Below are positions 1 to 9,970 of a stretch of 64,000 bases of DNA, piece by piece; position 1 is the stretch's first letter, and every line of letters begins with the position of its first letter. The DNA comes from Crocinitomicaceae bacterium. Lineage in GTDB: Bacteria > Bacteroidota > Bacteroidia > Flavobacteriales_D > Crocinitomicaceae. The translations under genes and the position numbers were made by a program. Where the stretch lies: the NCBI GenBank assembly GCA_024639405.1, contig JAHEIL010000010.1:14048-78047 (forward strand), given 5' to 3'. Under the pieces are notes generated by a model. That model did not search any database. It saw only the letters and a program-made list of their open reading frames with translations, and was not told the origin of the DNA.

Positions 1-1
1 A

Positions 2-61
2 TGTACTGATGATCAGCATCAAGCAAATAGACGAACAGAATTTAAAATTATTAAAAAATAA
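2..61 (+). CDS. OmpA-family protein, 3' end only (gene starts upstream of the window)
   Basis: Frame 2 is open from the window edge and reads CTDDQHQANRRTEFKIIKK*. An NRRTEF-type ending is the conserved C-terminus of OmpA_C peptidoglycan-binding domains. A hairpin terminator follows. Confidence 0.5.
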   Translation, partial: CTDDQHQANRRTEFKIIKK

Positions 62-81
62 AAAACCGTGCTTATTTTGAA

Positions 82-110
82 AAGTCCAAGTAAAATTGGA
101 CTTTTTTTTT
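82..110 (+). terminator. Rho-independent terminator
   Basis: Stem aagtccaa (82-89) / ttggactt (96-103) running into a 9-T run. Confidence 0.6.
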
Positions 111-144
111 GATATATTTAAACAAACAAAACACACTATTAAAC

Positions 145-2241
145 ATGAAACCAACATTGTTAATACTCTTTTCTTTATTGATTTTTGATTTATTTGGACA
201 ATCAATTGACACTGAAATATCTAAATTAATTAATACAGGAAACGAAAATCAATTACTTAAAGAATCCTCTAAATACATTCAAAATGAATATTACTTTCAA
301 GCCAACAAAATCGTTGACAAATTATTAGAAAAAAATAACACAAGTAGTAATTACAATTACCGAAAAGGTTTTTTATTAACAAAAATCAACAATCAATTTC
401 AAGAAGCTATCCCCTATTTTGAAAAAGCAAAAGAACACGTTTCTTTGAATTTTGATATGTTTAGTGCTAATGAAAAAAATGCACCCTTAGAATTGTACTA
501 TTATTTAGCGACTTGTTATCATAAGCAAAATGAACTTGAAAAAGCGAAAGAATTTTATACTAAATTCATCAAACTAGCTAAGGATAAATCAGAATTAAAA
601 GAACTTTCAAAATTAAAACTACTTCAATGCGATAATGCTAGCAGTTTATCGAATTCTAATGAAACTTTAAAAATTAAAAATATGGGAAAAACTATTAATT
701 CTGAATTCCCTGAATACACACCTGTTATTTCATTGGATGGAACCTCTTTGTATTTTACAGCGCGTAAAAAGTGGAAGAAAAATGAACAAACAATCGATCC
801 TTCCAGTAATTTACCTTTTGAAGATATCTATGTAAGCTATATGAATATTGATTCTAGTTGGACAAAACCCGAAAAGCTTCCATTTTGTTTGCCTAATAGA
901 AATGAAGCAACAGTTGCAATTAGTTCAGATGAAAGACAACTTTTTCTATACCAAGACACAACTGGTAATGGTGATATCTATTCAACAGAGATTAATTCGA
1001 AAAGAAAAAACAAACTTGAAATTGTTTCAATCAATGGATTAAATACAGAATTTTGGGAAACTCATTGTGTTTTCTCACAAGATAAAAATTTACTTTTTTT
1101 TACTTCTGACAGACCTGGTGGATTTGGTGGTAGAGATCTATATTTTATGAGAAAAATTTCACCAACTGAATGGTCGAAACCAGAAAACATGGGCCCAAAT
1201 ATCAATTCAAAATACGATGAAGACGCACCTTTTTTATCTTCAGATTCTAAAACACTTTATTATGCTTCAAACGGACCAAAAAGTATTGGAGGTTTTGATA
1301 TTCTAATTTCTGAATATGAAAATGGGACATGGGGACTATCAAAAAACATAGGAAAACCAATAAACTCAACCAATGATGAAATTTATTACACAACTACATT
1401 TGATGGTTCACGTGGTTTTTTTACATCTGATAGACCTAATGGAGCTGGAGAAAAAGATATTTATGAACTCCGTAATTCATCCATTCCAGTGAAAAACACA
1501 ATTCTTTTTGAAGGTCATATAAAAACGGTTGATAACTCTACATTACCTAATGATTTAGTGTTAGAATTAGACTTCAAATGTGATGGCTGTGAAGATATTG
1601 AAAAAAACCAAAAAATCTATCCACGACTTCGTGATGGTCTAATTTACTTTGGATTAAAACCAAATAAAACTTATGAAATGAGTTATACAAAAGATGATGG
1701 ATCAAAAGATCTATTTGGAGAATCTATCACAACACCTTCTACAAATTCATCCGAAAAAATAGTACGTGATTTTATTTATGACCCTAAAACAAAAACGATA
1801 AAACTCATTAAAAATACAGCTAAAGATTCAATTACAGAAATCAAAGAAGTTGTTGTTTCTACATTTAAAAACCTTGAATTTCTTCATTATTTTGAGTACA
1901 ATAAAAATAAAATTACAACTCGTAGAGGTGATTTAAAAAAATTCTTAAAACAAATTATTGAACAGTTAGATAATGGAAGAAAAAATGTCACTGTCAATAT
2001 TTATTCATCTGCTTCAAATGTTCCAACAAAAGCTTACGAATCCAATGAAGAATTAACTAAGATGAGGGCTGAAAATTTAAAATACGATTTAATTGCCTTT
2101 TTTGAAGAAAACCAAGCGTATAAAGGTCGTGTTAATATTGTAATTACATCGGCAATTGTTGATGGTCCACCCTACGATGCAGATGCTGATAAACAAGAAA
2201 AATACACACCCTATCAATTTGTAGGATTGAAAACGGAATAA
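145..2241 (+). CDS. Secreted TPR plus PD40/WD40-like beta-propeller repeat protein with OmpA-like C-terminal region
   Basis: Track ORF 109..2241. ATG 145 gives signal peptide MKPTLLILFSLLIFDLFGQ. TPR-like helices (ATCYHKQNELEKAKEFY). Repeated TolB/PD40-like units (EYTPVISLDGTSLYFT, FTSDRPGGFGGRDLYF, DAPFLSSDSKTLYYAS, FTSDRPNGAGEKDIYE). Sits directly after an OmpA-family gene. Confidence 0.55.
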   Translation: MKPTLLILFSLLIFDLFGQSIDTEISKLINTGNENQLLKESSKYIQNEYYFQANKIVDKLLEKNNTSSNYNYRKGFLLTKINNQFQEAIPYFEKAKEHVSLNFDMFSANEKNAPLELYYYLATCYHKQNELEKAKEFYTKFIKLAKDKSELKELSKLKLLQCDNASSLSNSNETLKIKNMGKTINSEFPEYTPVISLDGTSLYFTARKKWKKNEQTIDPSSNLPFEDIYVSYMNIDSSWTKPEKLPFCLPNRNEATVAISSDERQLFLYQDTTGNGDIYSTEINSKRKNKLEIVSINGLNTEFWETHCVFSQDKNLLFFTSDRPGGFGGRDLYFMRKISPTEWSKPENMGPNINSKYDEDAPFLSSDSKTLYYASNGPKSIGGFDILISEYENGTWGLSKNIGKPINSTNDEIYYTTTFDGSRGFFTSDRPNGAGEKDIYELRNSSIPVKNTILFEGHIKTVDNSTLPNDLVLELDFKCDGCEDIEKNQKIYPRLRDGLIYFGLKPNKTYEMSYTKDDGSKDLFGESITTPSTNSSEKIVRDFIYDPKTKTIKLIKNTAKDSITEIKEVVVSTFKNLEFLHYFEYNKNKITTRRGDLKKFLKQIIEQLDNGRKNVTVNIYSSASNVPTKAYESNEELTKMRAENLKYDLIAFFEENQAYKGRVNIVITSAIVDGPPYDADADKQEKYTPYQFVGLKTE

Positions 2242-2245
2242 AATT

Positions 2246-2275
2246 AGAGGCTGTCAGAAATGAACAGCCTCTTTT
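2246..2275 (+). terminator. Rho-independent terminator
   Basis: Stem agaggctgt (2246-2254) / acagcctct (2264-2272) followed by TTTT. Confidence 0.6.
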
Positions 2276-2287
2276 AGTTATTTCTAT

Positions 2288-2295
2288 TAACTTTG
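2288..2295 (+). promoter_or_regulatory. Bacteroidota sigma-A -7 box (TAACTTTG)
   Basis: Exact match to TAnnTTTG, 18 nt upstream of ATG 2314. It lies inside the TTG-initiated 5' extension of track ORF 2293. Confidence 0.45.
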
Positions 2296-2313
2296 TATAA
2301 AACAACACAAAAA

Positions 2314-3153
2314 ATGAATTTATCTTTAAAAAAACCATTGGCAATTTTTGACCTTGAAACAACGGGTACAAATGTTACAAGTGACCGTATCGTTGAAATT
2401 GCAATTATCAAAGTTAATTGTGATGGTTCCGAAGAAAAATATTTAAAACGTGTAAATCCAGAAATGCCTATTCCTATTGAAGTAAGTGAAATTCACGGGA
2501 TATATGATAACGACATTGCAGACGCACCAACTTTTACTCAAATTGCAGATGAAGTTGCAGATTTTATTGGGGATGCAGATTTAGCAGGCTACAATTCTAA
2601 TAAATTTGATATACCAGTTTTAGCAGAAGAATTAATGCGCGCAAAATCTACATTTGATGTTTCTAATCGTCAGTTTGTTGATGTTCAAAATATTTTCCAC
2701 AAAATGGAACAACGAACCTTGTCTGCAGCATACAAGTTTTACTGTGCTAAAGAAATTGAAAATGCGCACAATGCCATGTACGATGCAGAAGCAACATGGA
2801 ATGTGTTAAAAGCACAAATTGAACGTTACGAACTTTTAGAAGACAATGTTGATTTCCTTGCTAATTTTTCTAAAGCAGGAAATAACAACCTACTTGATTT
2901 CGCTGGAAGACTTGCAATTAATGACAAAGGTGAAGCAATTTATAATTTTGGCAAGCATAAAAACAAAACAATTAGAGAAGTTGCGAAAACAGAGCCTGGT
3001 TATTATGGATGGATGTTAGATGCTGATTTTCCACTATATACCAAACAGTGTTTGCGTAAAGAAATGGAAAAAATTAAGCTAGAAAAAGATATAAAATCAA
3101 CAACTGAATCGCTTGAAGATAAATTAGCGGCATTAAAAAATAAATTTAAGTAA
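2314..3153 (+). CDS. DEDDh 3'-5' exonuclease (DnaQ / Pol III epsilon-like)
   Basis: Exo motifs LAIFDLETTG, NSNKFDIPVL and AHNAMYDAEAT. Start moved to the first ATG downstream of the promoter box. Confidence 0.8.
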   Translation: MNLSLKKPLAIFDLETTGTNVTSDRIVEIAIIKVNCDGSEEKYLKRVNPEMPIPIEVSEIHGIYDNDIADAPTFTQIADEVADFIGDADLAGYNSNKFDIPVLAEELMRAKSTFDVSNRQFVDVQNIFHKMEQRTLSAAYKFYCAKEIENAHNAMYDAEATWNVLKAQIERYELLEDNVDFLANFSKAGNNNLLDFAGRLAINDKGEAIYNFGKHKNKTIREVAKTEPGYYGWMLDADFPLYTKQCLRKEMEKIKLEKDIKSTTESLEDKLAALKNKFK

Positions 3154-3154
3154 A

Positions 3155-3766
3155 ATGAAAATCATTTGTATCGGAAGAAATTATTCTGAACATGCGAAAG
3201 AAATGAATGCGCCTGTTTCAGAGAAACCAGTTTTTTTTATGAAACCTGACACGGCTATTTTGAGAAATGGCTATGATTTTTATTTTCCAGATTTTACTTC
3301 AAACCTACATTATGAATGTGAATTAATTTACCGTATTGATAAAGTAGGAAAAAATATTGCAGAGAAATTTGCTCACAAATATTATACCGCTGTAACCTTA
3401 GGAATTGATTTCACTGCTCGTGATCTACAAGAACAATGCAAAGAAAAAGGATTACCATGGGAAATTGCAAAATCATGGGAACACAGCGCTCCTATTTCAA
3501 CTGATTTTATTGATGTTTCGAGTTTAAACACAGCTGATATTTCATTTGAATTAACGAAAAATGGACAAGTTGTTCAACAAGGAAAATCTTCCGAAATGAT
3601 CTTCAATATCAATCAAATCATTGCATATATTTCTACATTTATGACCTTAAAAAAAGGTGATTTGATTTACACTGGAACTCCTGCTGGCGTTGGGCCTGTT
3701 GCAATTGGTGATGTGTTAGAAGGATTTTTAGAAGGCAAAAAAATGTTTACGTTTCACGTAAAATAA
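3155..3766 (+). CDS. Fumarylacetoacetate hydrolase (FAH) family protein
   Basis: MKIICIGRNYSEHAKEM N-terminus and GDLIYTGTPAGVG motif, typical of small FAH-family hydratases/isomerases. Confidence 0.8.
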   Translation: MKIICIGRNYSEHAKEMNAPVSEKPVFFMKPDTAILRNGYDFYFPDFTSNLHYECELIYRIDKVGKNIAEKFAHKYYTAVTLGIDFTARDLQEQCKEKGLPWEIAKSWEHSAPISTDFIDVSSLNTADISFELTKNGQVVQQGKSSEMIFNINQIIAYISTFMTLKKGDLIYTGTPAGVGPVAIGDVLEGFLEGKKMFTFHVK

Positions 3767-5158
3767 TCATTTCCCTTTTGCTTTTAGTACAATTAAAATT
3801 GTGTAAAGCATAATTTTAAAATCCAAGGCTAAGGTTCTGTTTTTCAGATACAATAAATCAAATTTCATGCGTTCCAACATTTGTTCTACGTTTTCTGCGT
3901 AACCAAATTTTACTTGTCCCCAAGAAGTAATTCCTGGTCTAACTTTCGTTAAATGCAAATATTGAGGCTCTATTTCACTGATTTTATCAATGTAATATTG
4001 TCGTTCTGGCCGAGGTCCAACCAACGACATATCACCCAATAATACGTTCATAAATTGCGGGAATTCATCCAGTCTTAATTTACGCATGAAACGACCAATT
4101 GGCGTAATTCGAGGATCATTGGAAGAAGATAATTGAGGTCCCAATTTTTCAGCATCGATAAACATTGTTCTAAATTTAATTATTTGAAAAGGCTTACCAT
4201 TTAATCCAATGCGTTCTTGTAAGAAGAAAATTGGACCTTTGGATGATAATTTCACAGCTATTGCCAATAACAAATACAAAGGTATTAATAGTATAATTGA
4301 AACAATTGAAATCATTACATCTAAAAATCGCTTGACAGATTGTTGCCAAATAGGCATTGTTTCTGTATTTACTTCAATTAATAAAGGTGAGAAAATATTC
4401 GTCATTTTAACATGTCCTGATAAAATATCATATAAATCAGGTAGAATCCGAATACGAATTGAACTTCCTTCTAATTTACCAACAATAGCTTTCAATTTAT
4501 TATGCTCCATACTTTCAAGTGCAATAATAACTTCTTCAATTTCAAGGTTGCGCAAAATAGCAGATAAATCATTTGCATGACCTAAATAAGTTAATTGATT
4601 TTCCAATAATTTATCTACGCCATTGATATTAACAAATCCAATAAAATCATGGATCCCTTTTGGTAAATCATTTAATTCGTTGAAAATATCTACTGCTTTT
4701 TCACTTCCGCCAATTAATAGCGTTTTAAATCTGAATTTCCCTGAATGTATTCTTTTGACTAAAATTGTAATGAATATCATTCTAGGAATAATCGTAAACA
4801 AAAAATGTATCGTGAAAATTAGAACAATTAAATTATAATAAATTTTATAACCATCAATTTGATCGTCTAATAGCAAGGTGAAAAAGATAATGATCGAACC
4901 GATTATAGAACCAAAAAAAGTTAGATTCAATAATTTAAACCGATAAAGGCGTTTTATCTCATGATAAGTACCTTGAAAATAGTATAATAACAACCAAGCA
5001 ATTGGGATAAAAATGACACCGAGATAGAACGTATCACTCGTTACAAAGTCTTTTTTTTCAATAATCGTTTTACGAAAATAAAAAAACATAGTCCAAGCCA
5101 ACGTTGCTGTCAACCAGTCTATAAAAATTAATACACTTAATAAATGACGTTGCTTCAT
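3767..5158 (-). CDS. Polyprenyl glycosylphosphotransferase (bacterial sugar transferase, WbaP/EpsB-like)
   Basis: Multi-TM N-terminus and central Rossmann-like region. C-terminal motifs KGPIFFLQERIG, KFRTM, DPRITPIGRFMRKLRLDEFPQ, SLVGPRPE. Confidence 0.85.
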   Translation of the reverse strand: MKQRHLLSVLIFIDWLTATLAWTMFFYFRKTIIEKKDFVTSDTFYLGVIFIPIAWLLLYYFQGTYHEIKRLYRFKLLNLTFFGSIIGSIIIFFTLLLDDQIDGYKIYYNLIVLIFTIHFLFTIIPRMIFITILVKRIHSGKFRFKTLLIGGSEKAVDIFNELNDLPKGIHDFIGFVNINGVDKLLENQLTYLGHANDLSAILRNLEIEEVIIALESMEHNKLKAIVGKLEGSSIRIRILPDLYDILSGHVKMTNIFSPLLIEVNTETMPIWQQSVKRFLDVMISIVSIILLIPLYLLLAIAVKLSSKGPIFFLQERIGLNGKPFQIIKFRTMFIDAEKLGPQLSSSNDPRITPIGRFMRKLRLDEFPQFMNVLLGDMSLVGPRPERQYYIDKISEIEPQYLHLTKVRPGITSWGQVKFGYAENVEQMLERMKFDLLYLKNRTLALDFKIMLYTILIVLKAKGK

Positions 5159-5159
5159 C

Positions 5160-6023
5160 TTAAAAATGGATCACTTTTACATTATCGATACAGATTTTTC
5201 CAGAAGCTTGTCCTTCCGGTAATAGGGATTGAAAGGACATTTTAAAATACTCAGCATTTTGAGCATTTGAAACTATTTCTTTTAAGTCAATGTATATCTT
5301 TTTCCATTTTACTGTTGATTCATTTTGCTTGTTTAATTGAATATTTTGATTGTTATTAATTGCTGAAGAACTGATAGCTAATACTCCTGTAACAATATTT
5401 GCAGTATTGTAATAATCAATTTCTAAATACGTTTCTGTCCATTTTGGCAAGGTCATATCTGTGCTCGTATATGCTACCCATAAAGAATCATTTGCAGTTA
5501 AATCAACGTTTCCGTAAAAATTACCCCATTTTAAAATAGCTGGATTATTTCCAGTAAACATTTGAACGGAAGAATTTGGATCATTTTCGATTTTCACAGC
5601 TGCATCTTCAAAATCTTCAAGCCAAATATTTAAAAATTCTTTGTAACGTGTTACTGGATTGATTTCCAACGTCTGATTTTGAACAAGATTAGCCGTGATT
5701 TCATAATATTCAACAAATGGGTATTTCTTTTTAGTTGCTGAAATTCCATTGTTTTTTATTGTTGGATAAATCCGAATTAATTTCGATCCTGACTTCAAAA
5801 CAGGAATTTTAAATGGAATCTCAAAAACTCCAATCAACTCATTATCAACATACACAGTAGCATCCGTGAAGTTTTGTGTTAATTCACCAACTGGAAATTG
5901 AGAATCTGGATTTTCAACCAACGTCCATTTATTCACTTGAATCCAAGCTGGATCAGGATTGTTTTTTTCACAAGCTATGAGACTTACGAGTACAAATAAT
6001 AAAATTAATTTTTTGAATAACAT
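5160..6023 (-). CDS. Hypothetical lipoprotein
   Basis: Signal peptide with lipobox-like LIAC. No recognisable catalytic motif. Only 1 nt separates it from the sugar transferase gene. Confidence 0.6.
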   Translation of the reverse strand: MLFKKLILLFVLVSLIACEKNNPDPAWIQVNKWTLVENPDSQFPVGELTQNFTDATVYVDNELIGVFEIPFKIPVLKSGSKLIRIYPTIKNNGISATKKKYPFVEYYEITANLVQNQTLEINPVTRYKEFLNIWLEDFEDAAVKIENDPNSSVQMFTGNNPAILKWGNFYGNVDLTANDSLWVAYTSTDMTLPKWTETYLEIDYYNTANIVTGVLAISSSAINNNQNIQLNKQNESTVKWKKIYIDLKEIVSNAQNAEYFKMSFQSLLPEGQASGKICIDNVKVIHF

Positions 6024-6061
6024 AAATAGTAATGTGGTTGATTAACGATAAAAAAGCTAAA

Positions 6062-7051
6062 TTATTGTATGAAAGAATTAGGTGATTTCAATTTTTCTAA
6101 AATTCGTTGCGCTACATCTAAAGCATTGTAACCATCTTCAATTGAAACAATTGGGGTTTGATCCAAAACAATAGCCTCATGAAACGTTCGAAGTTCTTCT
6201 TTTATGGCATTTAATTCAGCCAATTCTGGTTTGTCAAAATATATTTTTTTAGTAGGTTTTCCTGGACCTAAATCAAAAACAACATCCAACGGATTTGGCT
6301 CGCCTTCAACATCCTCCATTCTAACTACTTCTAATTCCTTGGTTAAAAAATCAACGCTAATATATGCATCCTTCTGAAAAAAGCGCGATTTCCGCATGTT
6401 TTTCATAGAAATACGAGATGCAGTAAGATTAGCAACACAACCATTATCGAATTCAATTCGAGCATTTGTAATATCATGTGTATCACTCACTACGGCAACA
6501 CCTGATGCTGAAATCCTTTTAATTCCAGACTTCACAACGCTCAAGATAATATCTAAATCATGAATCATCAAATCTAAAACAACTGGAACATCTGTACCTC
6601 TCGGATTGAATTGCGCCAAACGATGCGTTTCAATGAATAAAGGTTTATTAAAATACGGCAATGCCGCTTGAAAAGCTGGATTAAAGCGTTCAACATGTCC
6701 GACTTGAACTTTTACATTTGCTTCGCGCGCTAACAACATCAACGTTTTAGCTTCGTCAGTTGTTTCTGTAATTGGTTTTTCAATAAAAACATGTTTGCTG
6801 TTTTTCAATGCAAAAGAAGCAGTTTCAAAATGCGCAAATGTTGGTGTAACAATATCAACGCAATCAACTTCAGCCATTAGTGCTTCAATTGTTTCAAATC
6901 GTTTTATTTCAAACTTTTCAATTACGTCAGAAGCAATATCATCATTTGGGTCAAAAAATCCAATTAGCTCGAATTCAGCTTCTAGTTCTAATAATAAACG
7001 AATGTGGATTTTTCCTAAATGACCGGCACCAACAACTCCTATTTTCAACAT
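6062..7051 (-). CDS. Gfo/Idh/MocA family oxidoreductase
   Basis: N-terminal Rossmann motif MLKIGVVGAGHLGKIH and the family EKP motif (VFIEKP). Confidence 0.8.
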   Translation of the reverse strand: MLKIGVVGAGHLGKIHIRLLLELEAEFELIGFFDPNDDIASDVIEKFEIKRFETIEALMAEVDCVDIVTPTFAHFETASFALKNSKHVFIEKPITETTDEAKTLMLLAREANVKVQVGHVERFNPAFQAALPYFNKPLFIETHRLAQFNPRGTDVPVVLDLMIHDLDIILSVVKSGIKRISASGVAVVSDTHDITNARIEFDNGCVANLTASRISMKNMRKSRFFQKDAYISVDFLTKELEVVRMEDVEGEPNPLDVVFDLGPGKPTKKIYFDKPELAELNAIKEELRTFHEAIVLDQTPIVSIEDGYNALDVAQRILEKLKSPNSFIQ

Positions 7052-7066
7052 GGTTTCTATTTTTTA

Positions 7067-7074
7067 CAAATTTA
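7067..7074 (-). promoter_or_regulatory. Bacteroidota -7 box (TAAATTTG on minus strand)
   Basis: Plus-strand caaattta is TAAATTTG on the minus strand, 15 nt upstream of ATG 7051. Confidence 0.45.
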
Positions 7075-7141
7075 ATGTTCGAAAGGCTTAATTCGACTTG
7101 ATTTCAAGAGAATTATTAACATCTTTTTTTAATAACCTGTC

Positions 7142-7687
7142 TTAATTTAAATTTCTAAATTGATTCAATTGATTCAAATCGATGCCACCATAAAACGCAG
7201 TATCTTTATTGGTCAACCATTTTGTAAGGGTTGTAATTTGCCCAGTATGGTAGGAAAAATGCTCGATAACATGAATTATTGCTGAAAAACCCGTAACAGT
7301 AAAACCTTGAATAATCATTTCTGAATGAAGTTGTTCGTTGGAAACTTCTGACAAAGTTGCTTTTAAATTCACTTTTAAATGCTCTAACAAAAACAATAAA
7401 TCTGCTTTTTTAATTTTTGTTTGACGAATGAATTCTTCATCACGCTTCCTATTATCAACCCGATCACCAAATGATGCTAAAACCCACTGCTGGGCATTGC
7501 CGCTTAAATGCAACAATAAATTACCGATTGGTGGAATTGTATCATTGGGAGATTGCCAAATTTGTTGATCATTCAACATTGATAAGCATTTGTATATTCG
7601 ATCATATGACTCTGTAAACACCCTGAATTCAAATTCTTTAACCAATAATTCTTTCATTACAACTCGACTATTTTTATTTTTATACAC
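7142..7687 (-). CDS. DinB family (DUF1572-like) protein
   Basis: DinB-type His motifs (LLHLSGNAQQW, IHVIEHFSYHTGQI). The true start may be the internal MKELL (7657). Confidence 0.7.
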   Translation of the reverse strand: MYKNKNSRVVMKELLVKEFEFRVFTESYDRIYKCLSMLNDQQIWQSPNDTIPPIGNLLLHLSGNAQQWVLASFGDRVDNRKRDEEFIRQTKIKKADLLFLLEHLKVNLKATLSEVSNEQLHSEMIIQGFTVTGFSAIIHVIEHFSYHTGQITTLTKWLTNKDTAFYGGIDLNQLNQFRNLN

Positions 7688-7738
7688 CTTAAAATTAAAA
7701 AAATTAAAGAAATTTCTTTGAATGAATTAGTTTTTACG

Positions 7739-7746
7739 TATATTTG
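7739..7746 (+). promoter_or_regulatory. Bacteroidota -7 box (TATATTTG) for tRNA-His
   Basis: Exact TAnnTTTG match, 12 nt upstream of the tRNA 5' end. Confidence 0.5.
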
Positions 7747-7758
7747 CACCCACAAAAT

Positions 7759-7836
7759 GGTGGATGTAGCTCAGTTGGTTAGAGCATCGGTTTGTGGTGC
7801 CGAGGGTCGTGGGTTCGAGCCCCATCTTCCACCCCA
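7759..7836 (+). tRNA. tRNA-His (anticodon GTG)
   Basis: Hand-folded cloverleaf: G-1 at 7759, acceptor gtggatg/cttccac, D arm gctc-agttggtta-gagc, anticodon arm tcggt-ttGTGgt-gccga, T arm gtggg-ttcgagc-cccat, discriminator C, encoded CCA at 7834-7836. The extra 5' G is the His-specific feature. Confidence 0.93.
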
Positions 7837-7841
7837 TTTAT

Positions 7842-7871
7842 AAGGCTGAGTTTTTACTCAGCCTTTTTTTG
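7842..7871 (+). terminator. Rho-independent terminator
   Basis: Stem aaggctgag (7842-7850) / ctcagcctt (7857-7865) running into a T run. Confidence 0.7.
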
Positions 7872-7917
7872 TTAGTATGCATTTAATTGAATATAAACTT
7901 TTGTCACCTTCATTCCT

Positions 7918-9510
7918 ATGAAAAACAAAGAAGCAATAGAAAAAAGAAGAACGTTTGGAATTATCGCGCATCCCGATGCTGGTAAAACAACTTTAACTGA
8001 AAAATTATTGCTTTTTGGTGGAGCTATTCAAACAGCTGGCGCAGTAAAAAATAATAAAATCAAAAAAACAGCAACGTCGGATTTCATGGAAATTGAAAAA
8101 CAACGTGGAATTTCTGTTGCTACTTCTGTTATGGCGTTTGAATACGGCGGAAAACAAGTAAACATTTTAGATACTCCTGGACACAAAGACTTTGCTGAAG
8201 ACACTTACCGAACATTAACAGCTGTTGATAGTGTTATTTTGGTTATTGACTGTGCAAATGGTGTTGAAACACAAACAGAAAAATTAATGGAGGTGTGTCG
8301 CATGCGAAAAACACCTGTTATTATTTTTGTGAATAAAATGGACCGAGAAGGAAAAGATGCTTTTTCTTTATTGGATGAATTAGAAGAAAAATTAGATTTA
8401 AAAGTTCGACCACTGACATGGCCAATTGGTATGGGTGATCGTTTCAAAGGCGTTTACAACATTTACCAAAAAGGACTGAACTTATTTCAAGCCAATAAAA
8501 CTAAACGCGAGGAAGAAATAGTATCTATAAAAGACTTGAATGATCCAGCATTGGATGAATTAGTTACACCAGCATTTGCAACTGAATTAAGAGAAGAACT
8601 CGAAATTATTGACGGAGTTTACGATACATTTGACCGTGAGAAATATTTATCCGGTGAAATAGCGCCCGTATTTTTTGGTTCTGCAGTAAATAATTTTGGG
8701 ATTCAAGAATTATTAGATACGTTTATTGCAATTTCTCCTTCGCCTATTGGGCGCGAAACAGATGCTCGATTTATCGAACCAAGCGAAGATAAATTCTCTG
8801 GTTTTGTATTTAAAATTCACGCCAATCTAGACCCAAAACACCGTGATAGAATTGCATTTTTACGCATCGTATCAGGAAAATTTGAGCGTAATAAATTTTA
8901 CAACCATGTTCGCTTAGCTAAAAATTTCAAATTCCCCAACCCAACTTCATTCATGGCACAAGACAAAAGTGTTATCGACGAGGCTTTTCCAGGCGATGTA
9001 ATCGGTTTATACGATACTGGGAATTTTAAAATTGGTGATACTTTAACTGAAGGTGAAAAAATGATGTTTAAAGGAATCCCATCTTTCTCCCCTGAGATTT
9101 TCATGGAATTAGAAAACTTAGACCCTTTAAAATCAAAACAACTGGACAAAGGAATTCACCAATTAACCGACGAAGGAGTTGCCCAGATGTTTATTATGCA
9201 ACCTGGAAATCGTAAAATTGTTGGTACGGTTGGTATGTTACAATTTGAAGTAATCCAACACCGTTTGATCAATGAGTATGGAGCAAATTGTAGGTTCGCT
9301 CCTAAAAACTATTACAAAGCATGTTGGATAACAACTAATAATGAAGAACAGCTTTCTAACTTCATTCGTTCAAAAGCGAATTACATGGCAAAAGATAAAG
9401 ATGATAATTTTGTGTTCTTAGCTGAAACATCGTTTTTATTAACGATGGCTGAACAAGATTATCCAGATATTACCTTCCACAAAACTTCAGAATTTAAATT
9501 GGAAGTTTAA
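7918..9510 (+). CDS. prfC: Peptide chain release factor 3
   Basis: GTPase motifs [18 protein letters not shown]. Length of 530 aa and overall RF3 architecture. Confidence 0.93.
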   Translation: MKNKEAIEKRRTFGIIAHPDAGKTTLTEKLLLFGGAIQTAGAVKNNKIKKTATSDFMEIEKQRGISVATSVMAFEYGGKQVNILDTPGHKDFAEDTYRTLTAVDSVILVIDCANGVETQTEKLMEVCRMRKTPVIIFVNKMDREGKDAFSLLDELEEKLDLKVRPLTWPIGMGDRFKGVYNIYQKGLNLFQANKTKREEEIVSIKDLNDPALDELVTPAFATELREELEIIDGVYDTFDREKYLSGEIAPVFFGSAVNNFGIQELLDTFIAISPSPIGRETDARFIEPSEDKFSGFVFKIHANLDPKHRDRIAFLRIVSGKFERNKFYNHVRLAKNFKFPNPTSFMAQDKSVIDEAFPGDVIGLYDTGNFKIGDTLTEGEKMMFKGIPSFSPEIFMELENLDPLKSKQLDKGIHQLTDEGVAQMFIMQPGNRKIVGTVGMLQFEVIQHRLINEYGANCRFAPKNYYKACWITTNNEEQLSNFIRSKANYMAKDKDDNFVFLAETSFLLTMAEQDYPDITFHKTSEFKLEV

Positions 9511-9962
9511 GACAATTCATTCCAATTTGGCAAATTTTCTAAGTAATCAATGGTATTTTTTGAACGATTGATAAAACAATTATACTGTTCAATTCCATTT
9601 GTGAGCAACAAATAATCTACGTTTAAATTGAAATTATATTGTGCTATTTGATGGAGTACTTTTTCATTCAAAGCAACATCTGCAGCCTTGCATTCTATTA
9701 AAAGTATTGGTTTACCATGACTATTGTAAACAACTAAATCACAACGTCTTGTCAACCCATTAACTTGAATGGTTTGTTCAGATGCAATTACTCCTTTAGG
9801 TACATTTTTGAACGTGATTAAAAAATGAATAACATGCTGTCTAACCCATTCTTCAGGTGTCAATTTTAATTTCTTATTACGGATTTCACACCACACAAAA
9901 ACAACACCTTCATTACGAGATAATTTAAGAGGAGCTTTGGGTAAATTTAACGGTTGAATCAT
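9507..9962 (-). CDS. Type I restriction enzyme HsdR N-terminal domain-containing protein (stand-alone PD-(D/E)XK-like)
   Basis: About 150 aa with the pattern RCDLVVY...PILLIECKA, typical of the HsdR_N family. No hsdM/hsdS in the window. Confidence 0.65.
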   Translation of the reverse strand: MIQPLNLPKAPLKLSRNEGVVFVWCEIRNKKLKLTPEEWVRQHVIHFLITFKNVPKGVIASEQTIQVNGLTRRCDLVVYNSHGKPILLIECKAADVALNEKVLHQIAQYNFNLNVDYLLLTNGIEQYNCFINRSKNTIDYLENLPNWNELS

Positions 9963-9970
9963 GCAAACAA

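Noticed and set aside
9507-9510. prfC and the HsdR_N-domain gene share overlapping stop codons (TTAA); similar convergent overlaps occur at 38374..38381 and 45061..45072
   Set aside because: This is a real feature but a common one in compact genomes. There is no evidence of regulatory significance.
9507-9962. HsdR_N-domain protein as part of a restriction-modification or defence system
   Set aside because: There are no methylase, specificity subunit, helicase or other defence genes adjacent. Its neighbours are prfC and an alanine-dehydrogenase-family gene. Stand-alone HsdR_N proteins of this size are widely conserved in Bacteroidota.
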